Source: Antedon mediterranea
Lineage: Eukaryota > Animalia > Echinodermata
DNA length: 64,000 nt
NCBI RefSeq assembly: GCF_964355755.1
Contig: NC_092675.1
Coordinates: 25,950,912 to 26,014,911 of the forward strand
Reading direction: 5' to 3'
Made by a program: the position numbers and the translations under genes. The notes under the pieces are model-generated. The model was not told the DNA's origin. It did not search any database and saw only the letters and a program-made list of their open reading frames with translations. Shown piece after piece: positions 1 through 13,900 of this stretch. Within the stretch, counting starts at the first letter, position 1; the number at the start of each line of letters is the position of its first letter.

Positions 1-1941
1 GAAAGAGGTTCTGATAGTGAATTTGAGTCTGATGTGTCAGAATCTGAAGGAGGTTCTGATAGTGAATTTGTGTCAGAATCTGAAGGAGGTTCTGATAGTG
101 AATTTGAGTCTGATGTGTCTGAATCTGAAGGAGGTTCTGATAGTGAATTTGAATCTGATGTGTCAGAATCTGAAGGAGCTTCTGATAGTGAATTTGAATC
201 TGAATCTGAAAGAGGTTCTGATAGTGAATTTGAGTCTGATGTGTCAGAATCTGAAGGAGGTTCTGATAGTGAATTTGTGTCAGAATCTGAAGGAGGTTCT
301 GATAGTGAATTTGAGTCTGATGTGTCTGAATCTGAAGGAGGTTCTGTTAGTGAATTTGAATCTGATGTTTCAGAATCGGAAGGAGGTTCTGTTAGTGAAT
401 TTGAATCTGATGTGTCAGAATCGAAGGTAGGTTCTGATAGTTACTTTGAGTCTGATGTGTCTGAGTCTGAAAGAGGTTCTGATAGTGAATTTGTGTCTGA
501 TGTTTCAGAATCAGAAAGAGCTTCTGATAGTGAATTTGAGTCTGATGTGTCTGTATCTGAGAGAGGTTCTGATAGTGAAGTTGAGTCTGATGTGTCTGAA
601 TCTGAAGATGGTTCTGATAGTGAATTTGAATCTGATGTGTCAGAATCGGAAGGAGGTTCTGTTAGTGAATTTAAATCTGATGTGTCAGAATCGAAGGTAG
701 GTTCTGATAGTTACTTTGAGTCTGATGTGTCTGAGTCTGAAAGAGGTTCTGATAGTGAATTTGTGTCTGATGTTTCAGAATCTGAAAGAGGTTCTGATAG
801 TGAAATTGAGTCCGATGTGTCTGTATCTGAGAGAGGTTCTGATAGTGAATTTGAGTCTGATGTGTCTGAGTCTGAAAGAGGTTCTGATAGTGAATTTGAG
901 TCTGATGTTTCTGAATCTGAAGATGGTTCTGATAGTGAATTTGAGTCTGATGTGTCTGAGTCTGAAAGAGGTTCTGATAGTGAATTTGAGTCTGATGTTT
1001 CAGAATCTGAAAGAGGTTCTGATAGTGAATTTGAGTCTGATGTGTCTGTATCTGAGAGAGGTTCTGATAGTGAAGTTGAGTCTGATGTGTCCGAATCTGA
1101 AGATGGTTCTGATAGTGAATTTGAATCTGATGTGTCAGAATCGGAAGGAGGTTCTGTTAGTGAATTTGAATCTGATGTGTCAGAATCAAAGGTAGGTTCT
1201 GATAGTGACTTTGAGTCTGATGTGTCTGAAAGTGGTTCTGATAGTGAATTTGTGTCTGATGTTTCAGAATCAGAAAGAGGTTCTGATAGTGAATTTGAGT
1301 CTGATGTGTCTGTATCTGAGAGAGGTTCCGATAGTGAAGTTGAGTCTGATGTGTCTGAATCTGAAGATGGTTCTGATAGTGAATTTGAATCTGATGTGTC
1401 AGAATCGGAAGGAGGTTCTGTTAGTGAATTTGAATCCGATGTGTCAGAATCAAAGGTAGGTTCTGATAGTGAAATTGAGTCTGATGTGTCTGTATCTGAG
1501 AGAGGTTCTGATAGTGAATTTGAGTCTGATGTGTCTGAATCTGAAGATGGTTCTGATAGTGAATTTGAGTCCGATGTTTCTGAATCTGATGTAAGGTCTG
1601 ATAGTGAATTTGAATCTGATGTGTCAGAATCTGAAGGAGGTTTTGATAGTGAATTTGAGTCAGATGTGTCTGGATCTGAAGGAGGTTCTGATAGTGAATT
1701 TGAGTCTGAATCTGAAGGAGGTTCTGATGTGTCAGATAGTGATTTAGAATCAGAAAACTCTGAAGGATTGGAATCAATTGATGTCACAGACATAATGCAT
1801 GATGTGTCCATGGTAACATACACAAATGGCATGTCTAGCACAAGTAGCTCTAGAACAAAGTTTGATGAACCAACACTTGCTCCGATCACTGGCATGAGTA
1901 ACATAGCAACCTTTTCCATGGCTTCTCACACTTCATTAATG
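1..1941 (+). CDS. Large exon encoding a Ser/Glu/Asp-rich extracellular repeat (consensus SESERGSDSEFESDV)
   Basis: ORF 34-1977 is also open back to position 1. It has a 45-nt/15-aa unit up to ~1740, then a unique Thr/Ser/Met segment and a phase-0 donor at 1942. Confidence 0.8.
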
Positions 1942-4900
1942 GTAATTTTCGTAAAACTTCATAACATGGTATTGTAAAATTATTTTAGCATATGTGAATA
2001 TTTGCAATAGCATAATACTGTATGTGTTTGTTGTCATTGAATACAGTAGTGTATAATTTGGATGTATGTATAGAAATTGATTTAAACAAAATATGCAATT
2101 GTAATACCATGTCATAAGGTTTTATTTCTTTTTATAATATAAAATCATCTAATCTTTTTCTATGTATATTCTTTAAATGCAGGAGGAATCGTTATTCATA
2201 TTGTATGGTACTATGGTATTAACCTTTGAGTAGTTATGGAAATTTGTTTTTAAAATTTAAAATTTGATTGCAAAGCTAACAATCATACAACATGGTGATA
2301 AAAGTATACAGAAATTAATAATAATTCAAATCATTCTGAGAAATTTAAAGTTTAAGATCATATACTGAATTGGATATTACAATTGGAATATAAATTTTGC
2401 TCTGTTATTATATAAATTGGAAAATGGGTTAAAGAAATAGGCTAAAAAAGAATTAATTTTAATTTGCAAAAAACAAGCTAACAGCATGATAATATAACAA
2501 TATACAGAAATACTATTTTCGGTTGTTTTAAGTTTTACTGATTTGGATATACCCATTGGAACATTAAATTATAATAATCTGATATTATGAATAACATGGT
2601 TAAAGGCAGCTAGTCCAACCCAGAAAGTGCATGTTTTTTTTTGCTGTTAGGTCAGCATGATAGTTATTCTCTAATTCTAGCACCTCAATTTAGATACACT
2701 ATGTGCATGGACATTGCAGAATAAGGCTATTGACATTGTTAACCATAAGTGTAATTCAAAGTTTTCTATAGGCATTGTTGACTGGAAGGAAAAGTGTGTG
2801 TGTAATCCCTTGTTTTTAATGGGTATGGTCGACCATGCTTCTTATTTCTGTTGTCTATTATTAGCACAATTGAAGTAGACACACGATTGACTTAATTGCT
2901 GGTTGATAGAAAACACGCTAGAGTGTCACTCAACTATGCCGATACAAAATGATAAATTGCACTCACAGTTGTCCATGCCACACAGTCACTTCAAAAGCTG
3001 CATGGCATATTGCATGCTATTTTCTATGAATGGTAGTATTTCAATGCAGTGCAGTGAACAATTTCATTCATGTATAGTCTTATTATTCAACAAACTCTAA
3101 ATGGCCAAAAGCCTAGTATTCACTATTATCAGAACCTTTTAAATTTTACTTTGCATCATCTCATTTTGGTTTGACTATGATTTTAAATCATTTCATTGAA
3201 TTTTCTTGTTTGATGTGCCTTTCAATTTTATTTTTTAAGTTCCATTCTTGTTATAATTCACAATAATTGCATGTCACAATTGCACAATCTTCTCTCTAAA
3301 GCACGTTTGCCCTTGAAACAGAAAATCAACATCAACACATATTTCAGTAAAAACTGTAGCTTAAATTTAAATTTAATTGTTTGAAAGTTTTTAGTATAAA
3401 GTAGAACCTCTATCTAGATTACACCTATTCAGGTAGCACACCTACTTAAGAGACACTTTGTTGGGAACCAAAGTTTTACCCCTTATGCGTTCAACTGTAA
3501 TTCAGAAATATTATTTACATGCAATGTTATATTTAATGAAAGTTCAACTGTATTCCAAAATCATACATTTGCAATAAAAACAATGTAAGGGTTAAACCTC
3601 CCAAAGATAATTCTGCGATGAATAATATCTATTTATAAAATTTTCTAAATAAATGACTGTATTTATAGACTGAAGGAGTAACTGAAATTGTAGAGGTGAC
3701 AGAAATAGAAGAAGTCACAACGCAGTCACTTGTCACTGTAAGTAATAATAAGTAACAAAGAGATTACAATCTACTGCGTTTGTATGGATTACATCAGTTC
3801 ATCTAATATGTAATTGTCAAAAGTATGCAGCATGTTACTTGATAAAATTTGGAAAACAATCAAATAAACTAAAATTTAACACTGATTTTTAATTATTTTC
3901 AAAATAGGATACACCTAAACCTTATACTCTAAGAACTCCTCCACCTCCGCCGCCATCTATTCCTCCTCCTCCACCATTTACTACACCCAGAGTGGATCAG
4001 AATGAAACTGAGGAAGTAGTAACGGAATATGAAGAAGTAACTGAGTTTATACCAACTGTGAGTATTGTTTATTTACACCTGTATACATCTAAATATTCAC
4101 TATTAGCTTTCTGTATTGTTGATTTTTACAACTTTTTATCACTGTTTTTTAGGAAATTCCATGTATTCACAGACTTTCAGTAAAATGATTGATCTTTCCA
4201 ACTTTTTATTACTGTTTTTCAGGAAATTCCAACTTCTGAGACCGTGAGAACTCCTCCACCTCCGCCACCATCTATCCCTCCTCCACCACCATTTACAACA
4301 CCCAGAGTGGATCAGAATGAAACTGAGGAAGTAGTAACTGAATATGAAGATGTAACTGAGTTTATGACAACTGTGAGTATAGTTTATTTACACCTGTATA
4401 CATCTAGCTTGTCACAATTTAGCTTTTTGTAAAATTGTTTATTTATCCAACTTGTTATCAATGCTTTTCAGGAAATTCCAACTTCTGAGACCGTGAGAAC
4501 TCCTCCACCTCCGCCACCATCTATCCCTCCTCCACCACCATTTACAACACCCAGAGTGGATCAGAATGAAACTGAGGAAGTAGTAACGGAATATGAAGAA
4601 GTAACTGAGTTTATGACAACTGTGAGTATAGTTTATTTACACCTGTATACATCTATGTCACAATTTACCTCTTTGTAAAATTTTTTATTTATCAAACTTG
4701 TTATCACTGCTTTTCAGGAAATTCCAACTTCTGAGACTGTGAGAACTCCTCCACCTCCGCCACCATCTATCCCTCCTCCACCACCATTTACTACACCCAG
4801 AGTGGATCAGAATGAGACTGAAGAAGTAGTAACTGAATATGAAGAAGTAACTGAGTTTATGACAACTGTGAGTATAGTTTATTTACACCTGTATACATCT

Positions 4901-7900
4901 AGATTGTCACAATTTAGCTTTTTGTAAAATTGTTTATTTATCCAACTTGTTATCAATGCTTTTCAGGAAATTCCAACTTCTGAAACCGTGAGAACTCCTC
5001 CACCTCCGCCACCATCTATCCCTCCTCCACCACCATTTACAACACCCAGAGTGGATCAGAATGAGACTGAGGTAGTAGTAACGAAATATGAAGAAGTAAC
5101 TGAGTTTATGACAACTGTGAGTATAGTTTATTTACACCTGTATACATCTAGCTTGTCACAATTTAGCTTTTTGTAAAATTGTTTATTTATCCAACTTGTT
5201 ATCAATGCTTTTCAGGAAATTCCAACTTCTGAGACCGTGAGAACTCCTCCACCTCCGCCACCATCTATCCCTCCTCCACCACCATTTACTACACCCAGAG
5301 GGGATCAAAATGAGACTGAGGTTATGCCTACTGTGAGTGTGGGTTATTTAAACAGATTCACAAGCTTTATAAAAACTATTAATTTATCCAACTTGTTATC
5401 ATTGCTTATCAGGAAACCTCAACTTCTGAGACTCCACCTCCACCATAGCAACCAGCCTAGAAATACTGTCAATAACATTTCCATTACAATTTTTCAGACT
5501 ATGCCTAGTTTTACTAGAACACCGCCACCTCCACCACCTTCTATTCCTCCTCCACCAATAACAACATCTGGAATGGAGACCAATGGAACTGAAGAAGTTG
5601 TTACAGAGTTTGAGGATGTTACTAATGTTAATCCAACTGTAAGATTTTTGTTTTTAAAACTAATTTTAGAATTGTCTCAAAATTGTCACGTTAGTTTGTT
5701 TTACAGCATACACTATGTCTCACCACCAACACTTTGTGTGATTAACAATGTCACTGACAAAGATAAATTTAAGTAGCCTCTATCAATAATTTAACAGAAA
5801 CTATGAAAATCTGACATCATCGACAATTGACAATGTTTTTTCTTTTTGGTAGGATCTACCTCAATCTGAGACTCCAAGAACTCCTCCACCTCCACCACCA
5901 TCTATCCCACCTCCATTATTGACAACATCTGGTAATTCAGAAGTTTTGACGGAAATGATAACTCCATCCTTGCGTCCTTCACTAGCACCAATAAGAGCAA
6001 CAACATCATCATTTGATCCGTGTCAGAGCAACCCTTGCTTAAATGAGGCTACTTGTCAGTCCGACGATGGACAGTTTAACTGCATTTGTGCTGAGGGGTA
6101 TACTGGAGCCTTATGTGAAAGAAGTATGTATACACTATAACATAACCATTCATATATGTATTGAAAGAGAAAACAATGGACCGAGTCATCGGCTTTCCTC
6201 AGCTTTACCCAGTTAGAGTCAGTCAGGTAGAAGAATGATTATACAAGAATAATAATCATAGAAGAATTACACTTTTTAGTTTTAACAGCAAAAATCCCGA
6301 AAGTTATTTTTAACAACTTAACAAATTTAATACCAAAAACCCTCCAGTCAAACAAATTGCAAAAGTTGATTTTGTTAATGCTGTGCACTAACAAATGCAT
6401 TTTATAGAATAAAACAAATTTCCAATATTTTTTAGTTATTACAGTTATAACGCCATGTGATAGTGATCCTTGTCTGAATGGTGCAGTATGTACAGATGGA
6501 CTCTCAGTGTTTAGTTGTGTATGTTCTGTCGGTTGGATGGGACCTACTTGTGCAATACGTAAGTTTACTTTTAAGTGTCGGATCCAGAGGTTGATTTTTT
6601 GTTCGAATCCAATTTTTGGTCAAAGTAAATAACTATTATCACATTAAAATATTTATATTCAATAATTTTTTCTAAAGTTTTAGGAGGACAATATATCTTT
6701 TCATAAGCAAAATATTAAACATTATTTTTTCTTCGACAGCGGTTAATGCATGTAATGAATCTATATGTTTAAATGGTGGTGTTTGTGTTGACAGGCAGTA
6801 TTTTGCACTGTGCACATGCCCAGCTGGTTACTCAGGTGTCCAATGTGAAATTAGTGAGTATTAGTTATTACTACCTAATCACCATACAGTTGAGCCTCTA
6901 TATGGGGACAGCTTTGGATGTGTCAGTGTCACCTGAATAGGGTTGGCCATAGTTTTAAAGCTTGTATTGCTTTGTTCCTCTTAAGCATGGTTCCTGTGAT
7001 TCTTGTGATTGCTACTTTTCTTGTCATTGGTTAAAACGCTTGCATTGCGTTTACGTCCTTGCGTTACATTCTAGTGGAAACCAAGCTTTAGTAGGGGTTG
7101 GCCATACAAGTATCCCCTGAATGGGCATTATCCCAAAATAGAGGTTATACGTACTGAATCTCTTTTATTTGATTGTATGTATAAAGTCTTCAGTCCTTTA
7201 TTTGATGTAGTATGAGTTGCAACTTAATTTGGCATAATATCACACTTAAGTTATACTGGTACAAACATACATGTTGTATTTCAAATATTTTTCTTGCAAA
7301 ATGATCTATACATGTAATGACATACAAATTCACAATGTAAATGACTATCTATCCTAATACACAACTTGTTATCTTATTGTAGATATAGTATTGCACTGTA
7401 ATTCATTTTTGTTATCTTATTTCTGTATAGTGGCCATGCCATGTGCTAGTGCTCCCTGTTTTAATGATGCAACATGCGTAGAAGAAGGAGACCAGTTCCG
7501 ATGCGACTGTACTGATGGATTTAAAGGATCTCTATGTGCTCAGAGTAAGAGGATTCATTTTATACAACTGTTTTATATTATTGCAACTTTAATAAATAAG
7601 TAATGTTGTTTATTACTGTGAAGGAGCTTTGTGTCAGGGGGTAAGTTTATTGGTTAGATGTTTTGTCTTCTCTGACATAAATTGTACTTTTGTGGAGATG
7701 TGTAAACAAGTAATTCTTGGACAGGTGAACAAGTAATTCTTTTTCCTCCAGATCAGTAGCCTGGCATTCATGCCTCTAGATCACCAAGCTCAATTTAGGA
7801 TTTTAACCCAGTCACCAACAATTCACACTAAGGAAACACATTTAAAAATTCTCTTATCTAAGTAAATACTACATATGGATAAATCCTAAATATTTATTGT

Positions 7901-10900
7901 GAGAAATTAAATATTTAGCATCTAAGAGGAAACAGTAATACAAAAAAGACATTGGAAAAGTTTTCATACTAGATCTTTATTTGGCCTTAATGGAAGTCTC
8001 CCTGGTCCTTTTGTATATTTTTTGCTTTGTATTTTTTTTCTTTATGGATCAAATAAACTGACTTGTGACTTGTGTAACTTATTACTATCTGATGAAAAAA
8101 AATCCAATAAAATGATGTCATTGTCAAAAAGAACAATACACTTATTGTGAAAATATTATTTTTATCAAAGCCATGAAGTATAAGTGATTTACTGTAGTTG
8201 TACTTTTATCTTTTTGTTGCAGTTGCTGCTTGCTTTAGCAATCCCTGTATGAACGGAGGTGAATGTACAGAAACTGGGAATGAGTACTCTTGTAATTGTC
8301 CTCTGCCATTTAGTGGACAAGACTGCTCAATGGGTGCGTATTGGAGTATTATTGTGTTGTGTTTCAATTGATGTTTAGTTGCTATATATATTGTTTTGCT
8401 TTATCCGTTTGTTATAGTACCGTTTTATCTTGTCCTCACTTTACTGTCTCAAGGCAAGGTTACATTTTAACTGGTGTTTATTTAATCCTCTTTTTATCAA
8501 CATTCCGTAGAAGCTAAATTACACTGTTTTATTTGTGTGTGTTTCAAATCTGTGAAAATACTGTGGTTTAACTGCATGACACCACACTTGGTTGGTGGTG
8601 AGAATTTGCAGGATCGAATCTCACCTTTCTTTTTATTTTTAAAAGTTTTAACTTCGAACTAACTTTTTGACATCTTGTTCCAAATTAAGCACTGTTTTTA
8701 TATATTTTTTTGTTTATACATGTTTCGACTGTGTGTGCATTACTAATACTAATTTTAAAATTTTTTACTAAATAGCAATGTATCTCGTTTTTCCACTGAA
8801 CTGAAAATATAGTAGTAATAACAAAGATACTAATATTGCATGTTTTTCCAGAGAATGATCTTTGTTCATTCGTGCCTTGTCTAAATGGAGGCCAATGCTT
8901 CAATGGTGGCACTTTCACGTTTTGTGTCTGCACTCCCGAGTTTGAGGGAGTTGATTGTGCAACTAGAAGTAAGTAGCATTCATGTAGATAGCGCCCTCAT
9001 ACATAATGCATATGAATGCTCATTTTAGACTTAAATGTACAGACGTTGATATGTACATTAACACTTATAGTGACTTATATATAGTATAGTAGCCTATTAA
9101 CACTGCTGTAGTCAACTACGTAGCAATATAACGTACACTGTACAAGAATTCTTTAGCAGCCACATAACAGTAGTATGCTCATCTCTGAGATATGACATTA
9201 ATTTGTAGAGATGTACAAAATGTCCATGTAAGTTGCACTGTATGACATTCACTTGATAACACTGTCACAAACACCACATTTAGATACAATTCTTTAAGAA
9301 AACAAACATTTATGTTTAAAATGCTATTAAAGGCAAACACAACAGCACAAGTGTCACGTGTATGTGGTTTGTATATACAAATGCATTGTTCATATAGCAC
9401 TCAAACCAAACAGCAATAGCACCCAATGTTGGTACATGTTTGTTTTTACCTTGGTGTATTTGTAATGTTAGAAACTCGTGAAAAGTAGATTTTACTACAG
9501 GTATGTAATAATGTTGAACATTTGACGTTGCGATCATTTTCAAGGATCTGATGAGCTTAATTAAGTTTTTTTCCATTATAGTATACAAAAGTGCCAATGA
9601 AATTGATCAATAGTGGTTAATGATATCAAAGGAGTAATAATAAAATAATAATATAAACAGTTAATCGTTAAAAAACTAATTATGAAATAGCTGAAGTACC
9701 ATCTTTGGAATTTCATTAGAATTACATGGTTTAAATATTCGGACTACTTTATATTAAATCATTTGTGGTGAGTTTTAAATAACATGTCTATTATGTCAAA
9801 TATTTTGTTATTATTCTCCAAATTTTTATTAGAAGGTACAACAGAAGTTCCCCAACAGACAACTACTCCATCATCAGTAACCACCCTATCAGTAGAGCTG
9901 CAAACCAACAGCAGAGGAAATGCCAATACCCTTACTCAGAAGGCTACACCAACTGGTTCTGGATCAACACAGACTTCATCTGATGGTAGGTTTTCTTATT
10001 AGGATTGATGCCTTTATACAGAATGTTCTTTGTATCATACAATCTTTATTTATTATAATATCCAAGTTCACCTGTGAATCTAATCATATTCACTATTATC
10101 ATATATGTAATTTTTTTTCCTTACTTTAGTAATGTTGGCAAAAACACACTGCTTTTCTCTAAAAATGATACTATTAGACTTTATTATTTGAATTATAACT
10201 TTATATTTGTACAGGTTATATTAGATTTATCTAAATGTTTGTTCGGGTTGTCTAAGGTGGATCAGCAAGTCTGAGAGCTTCAGCTTCATTTTATTGCTTT
10301 TTCTAAATCTCTGTCTACACTAAAACTTTATGGAACAAAAAAATGTGATGTGCCCATATATGGACATGATGATGTCATATCAATACCATATCTGGGCATC
10401 ACATCACACTTTTTGTTTAAACTTAGTTTGATAGTGTAGACAGCTTTAGATTCTCATTTTGTTTTTCTGTTTGCTTTTTTTAATAATGAATAATAAATGA
10501 AATACTAAATAGTAGTATTATATGTCTGTATATTATTTGCAATACAGCTCAACCAAGCAATTTTACTGTAACCGGGGAAGCTAGTAGTGATACCGCCACC
10601 ATGACATGGTCATCTGAAGCAAACGCTACATTTTTCCAAGTTGACATTCGTGAAGTGGATTCACGTCGTAAGAGGCAGGCTGATGGTAATTGGATAAGCT
10701 CGCCGATTTTGCCTGCTAATGAAACTGAATATAGCTTTAATAACTTAAAATCAAACACAGTGTATATTACGCGACTTGTTACATATGATATGAAGATGAA
10801 TAAACACTTTAGTAAACAAGTACCATTCAAAACTGCAGGTATGAATAAAATTGAATCTTTAAAAAACATTATATTATCCAATTTTTTAAATCTATAATTA

Positions 10901-13900
10901 GACCATAAAAATAAATTTAATTACTACTTTCAAGCAAATAAAAAAATAAAGATTATCCAGATATTTACTTGTCAGATTATTTTTAAGAGCAGCTACAAAA
11001 AGCAATGACTGCAAACAAATTTATTTCGGTTTCTGAATGAAAAAGTGAAAATTAAGAAAATGAATGTTTCTAAATTATAGAATGGGTGTCCCCTACCATC
11101 TCCACTCACCACAACATCTATAAATCTGAATTCTGTTTCCAGTAAAGTTAAAAAAAATTGTTAATTTTCTCAACAGTTGCATCTGATGGCAATTTCGCTG
11201 CGTCAGATGATACTACGGACTCAAGCACAACGTCCAGCAACGCTATGCTGTTTGTCATGTTGGCTCTGGTACTGGTCATCTTAATAATTTTTGTTGTCAC
11301 TGTAATGTACATGACTGGCCGAACACAAAACAGTTCTTCATCATATTACCCAACGCGGCAGAAATCTGGAAAAATGGTATGTATTTATATGATACTAGTG
11401 GTGTAGGCTGTATAGCCAGCCTATAGATAAGTACAGGTTCCAATCAAGATAATTTTGTTTATTAAGACTTAATTCATTATCTATATATTTTACATCCATT
11501 AGGTACAATTAGCCTTCCATACACATTACAAAATATGAATGTTTAAAATATTAAAATTATATTGTTAATATTAAACTTTGAAACTGTTGTTTAAATACAT
11601 TTACTTGGATTGAAAATAAATAATAATAATTTTTCATTAATAGTCATGCATACATTGCCATAAAAAAAGCATAGGTACAATATAACATTATCACATGTTG
11701 CATATAACAAAATATAATGTTTAAACATTTTTAATCTAGGTTGATATCTCATATGATATTGAAGCAAACGTTGAGACAGTGGAGGTACAACAGGTGACCA
11801 TTGAAGTAGACGTATGGGAAATTCCCAGTGGAAAACTTGCAGTGGAAAATGTAAAAGAGTATGGATCATATACGGAATTATGTTATGGAACGCTGGACAC
11901 CAGAGGCACTGTTAAGCCAGTTTTTGTTAAGAAACTTAGAGGTATGTATGCTAAACCTTAATAGGTAGTTTTGATAGTTTCAAGAAGGTTTAACAAACGT
12001 GATCATAAACACTTTATATTTTGTATTGTGTACTTTTTGTAGATTAAATGTCTGTGTATTACTATTTTATTTACTTTTTTTGGTAAATTAGATATCTCCT
12101 CAGATGTTGACCAAAGGAAGTTGAAAGCTGAACTGGAGATAGTGTGTCAAGTTAGTCACCATCAGAATATTGTCAATTTAATTGGTGCTATTACTCAAGG
12201 TAATTCTTTTTATTATAAAAAAATGTAATTCGATGTAAAAAAGAATCCCTCCACTGTGATAGCTTAAAACTCCATGATTCAGATGTACTCAATGTTGTCT
12301 GTTTATATTTTTTTTAATAAAGTTCTTGTGATTGCTCAAACATTTATTAAGATTGCATGTGTATACTTTTTAATTAAAGATATTAATTGTATATGCAATT
12401 AGAGTTGTTGACACATTAAATCACAGTGAATTAAAATATTCAGACATGAATATGAAGATAAAGAGCACTTTACAAAGTAGTTTAATACTAATTATCTTTA
12501 GAATGTCATAATTCATGCAAATTACAGTAACTGTTGCTTGTGTTTTTTCTTTCTTGTGGCTTTATTAAATTTTACATTTTGCTTATTGTATTTATTTACA
12601 GATCAGATGACGCTTGTGTTTGAGTATTGCGAGCTAGGACGACTGAACGAATGGCTGACATCTTTACAAGAGATACATCAGCTCCTTATACATGACAACC
12701 CAGAGTTTGACATGCTATCACCCTTGATGCCTCATGCCCTGCACATTGCTTCTGATATATCCAAAGGCCTGGCTCATTTGGCCATCATGGGGGTTTGTAG
12801 ATTTTTAATTGTTCATTTATTCATCGTTTACTCTATTTGTTCCAGCTCACTAGCTCTTTGAGTAACATAATCTTGTGTATCACTGGCTTTGCTGCAGAAA
12901 AACTGTAGTACATTTCAATAAAAAGTACACCATTACATTCCTGTTTAAAAATGTTAACCTTTTAGGACACTGTCTGGTGGTATTTCATTCTATATGACAT
13001 TGTTAGAAAATTGTCTAGAAATTCTTTTTCAAAGAAATCTTCTCATAAAAAATCCTCTCAATCAAAATTTAAAACAGCTGGATTTAGATCTATATCGAGG
13101 TGTTCAAAATGTACTGGATTAAGATCTATCTATCAAGGTGTTCAAAATGTTAGGCATTTTTGTTTTATTATTTAGTTTTAACTGTAACAATATTCATCTT
13201 AAAATAGTTTGTATTATATTGTTTTATTTTTCTGTTTGTTTACTGTAATATGGAGTGAATGCAGAATCAGTTTAGGTTTTGCTTATTCTCACTCCTTGTT
13301 GTTTTGCATTGGGGACCAAAAATAATAATATTATTACTTATTATTATTATTAGTGCACAAAACATTGTTTAGGATCACACAACATAATGTTGACGAGTCA
13401 CCTGACAGCCAAGGTGTGTGATTATGGCATGAGTGCTTATTCAGATTTAGACATCTTTGCAGGTGCTAAAGTTGTACATGTAAGTTTTATTTATTTTTCT
13501 TTTAATTTTGAAACCTAGACACAATTGGCTCAATATTAAATTAGTTAAAGCTTGTATTGTTACTGAATAAACTTGTGTAAAGCCTTGTCTACACTATCAA
13601 ACTTTATGTGACAAAACAATTTGATGTGCCCATATATGGACATGATGATGTCACTACCCTATTTAGACATACCGCTACCATATTTGGTCAAATCACGCTT
13701 TTGTTTGTCAAACTAGTTTGATAGTGTAGACATAGCTTAAGGCCTTCAACTTCAACAAACATTTATTTCATTAAATGCCATACAAATAATTCAGATTATA
13801 AAAATGAGGACCAACCTAGAAGTAAATATGTCTCAGTTGGCCCTTTAACACTAGTAATGTTACTTTGCAAACTCTTGAGTTTTGCAAAACAGTTTCAGTT

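Noticed and set aside
711-1919. 402-aa antisense ORF and hydrophobic alternate-frame ORFs over the acidic repeat
   Set aside because: These are by-products of a low-complexity repeat lacking stop codons in those frames. Only frame +1 has a splice donor in phase with the downstream exons.
2183-2215. Possible micro-exon EESLFILYGTM
   Set aside because: It is phase-compatible with ag/gt ends, but too short to support without transcripts, so it is not listed as a feature.
3900-5400. Regular repeats that could suggest a CRISPR-like array
   Set aside because: The whole unit repeats with no unique spacers, the units are spliceosomal exons, and the context is eukaryotic.
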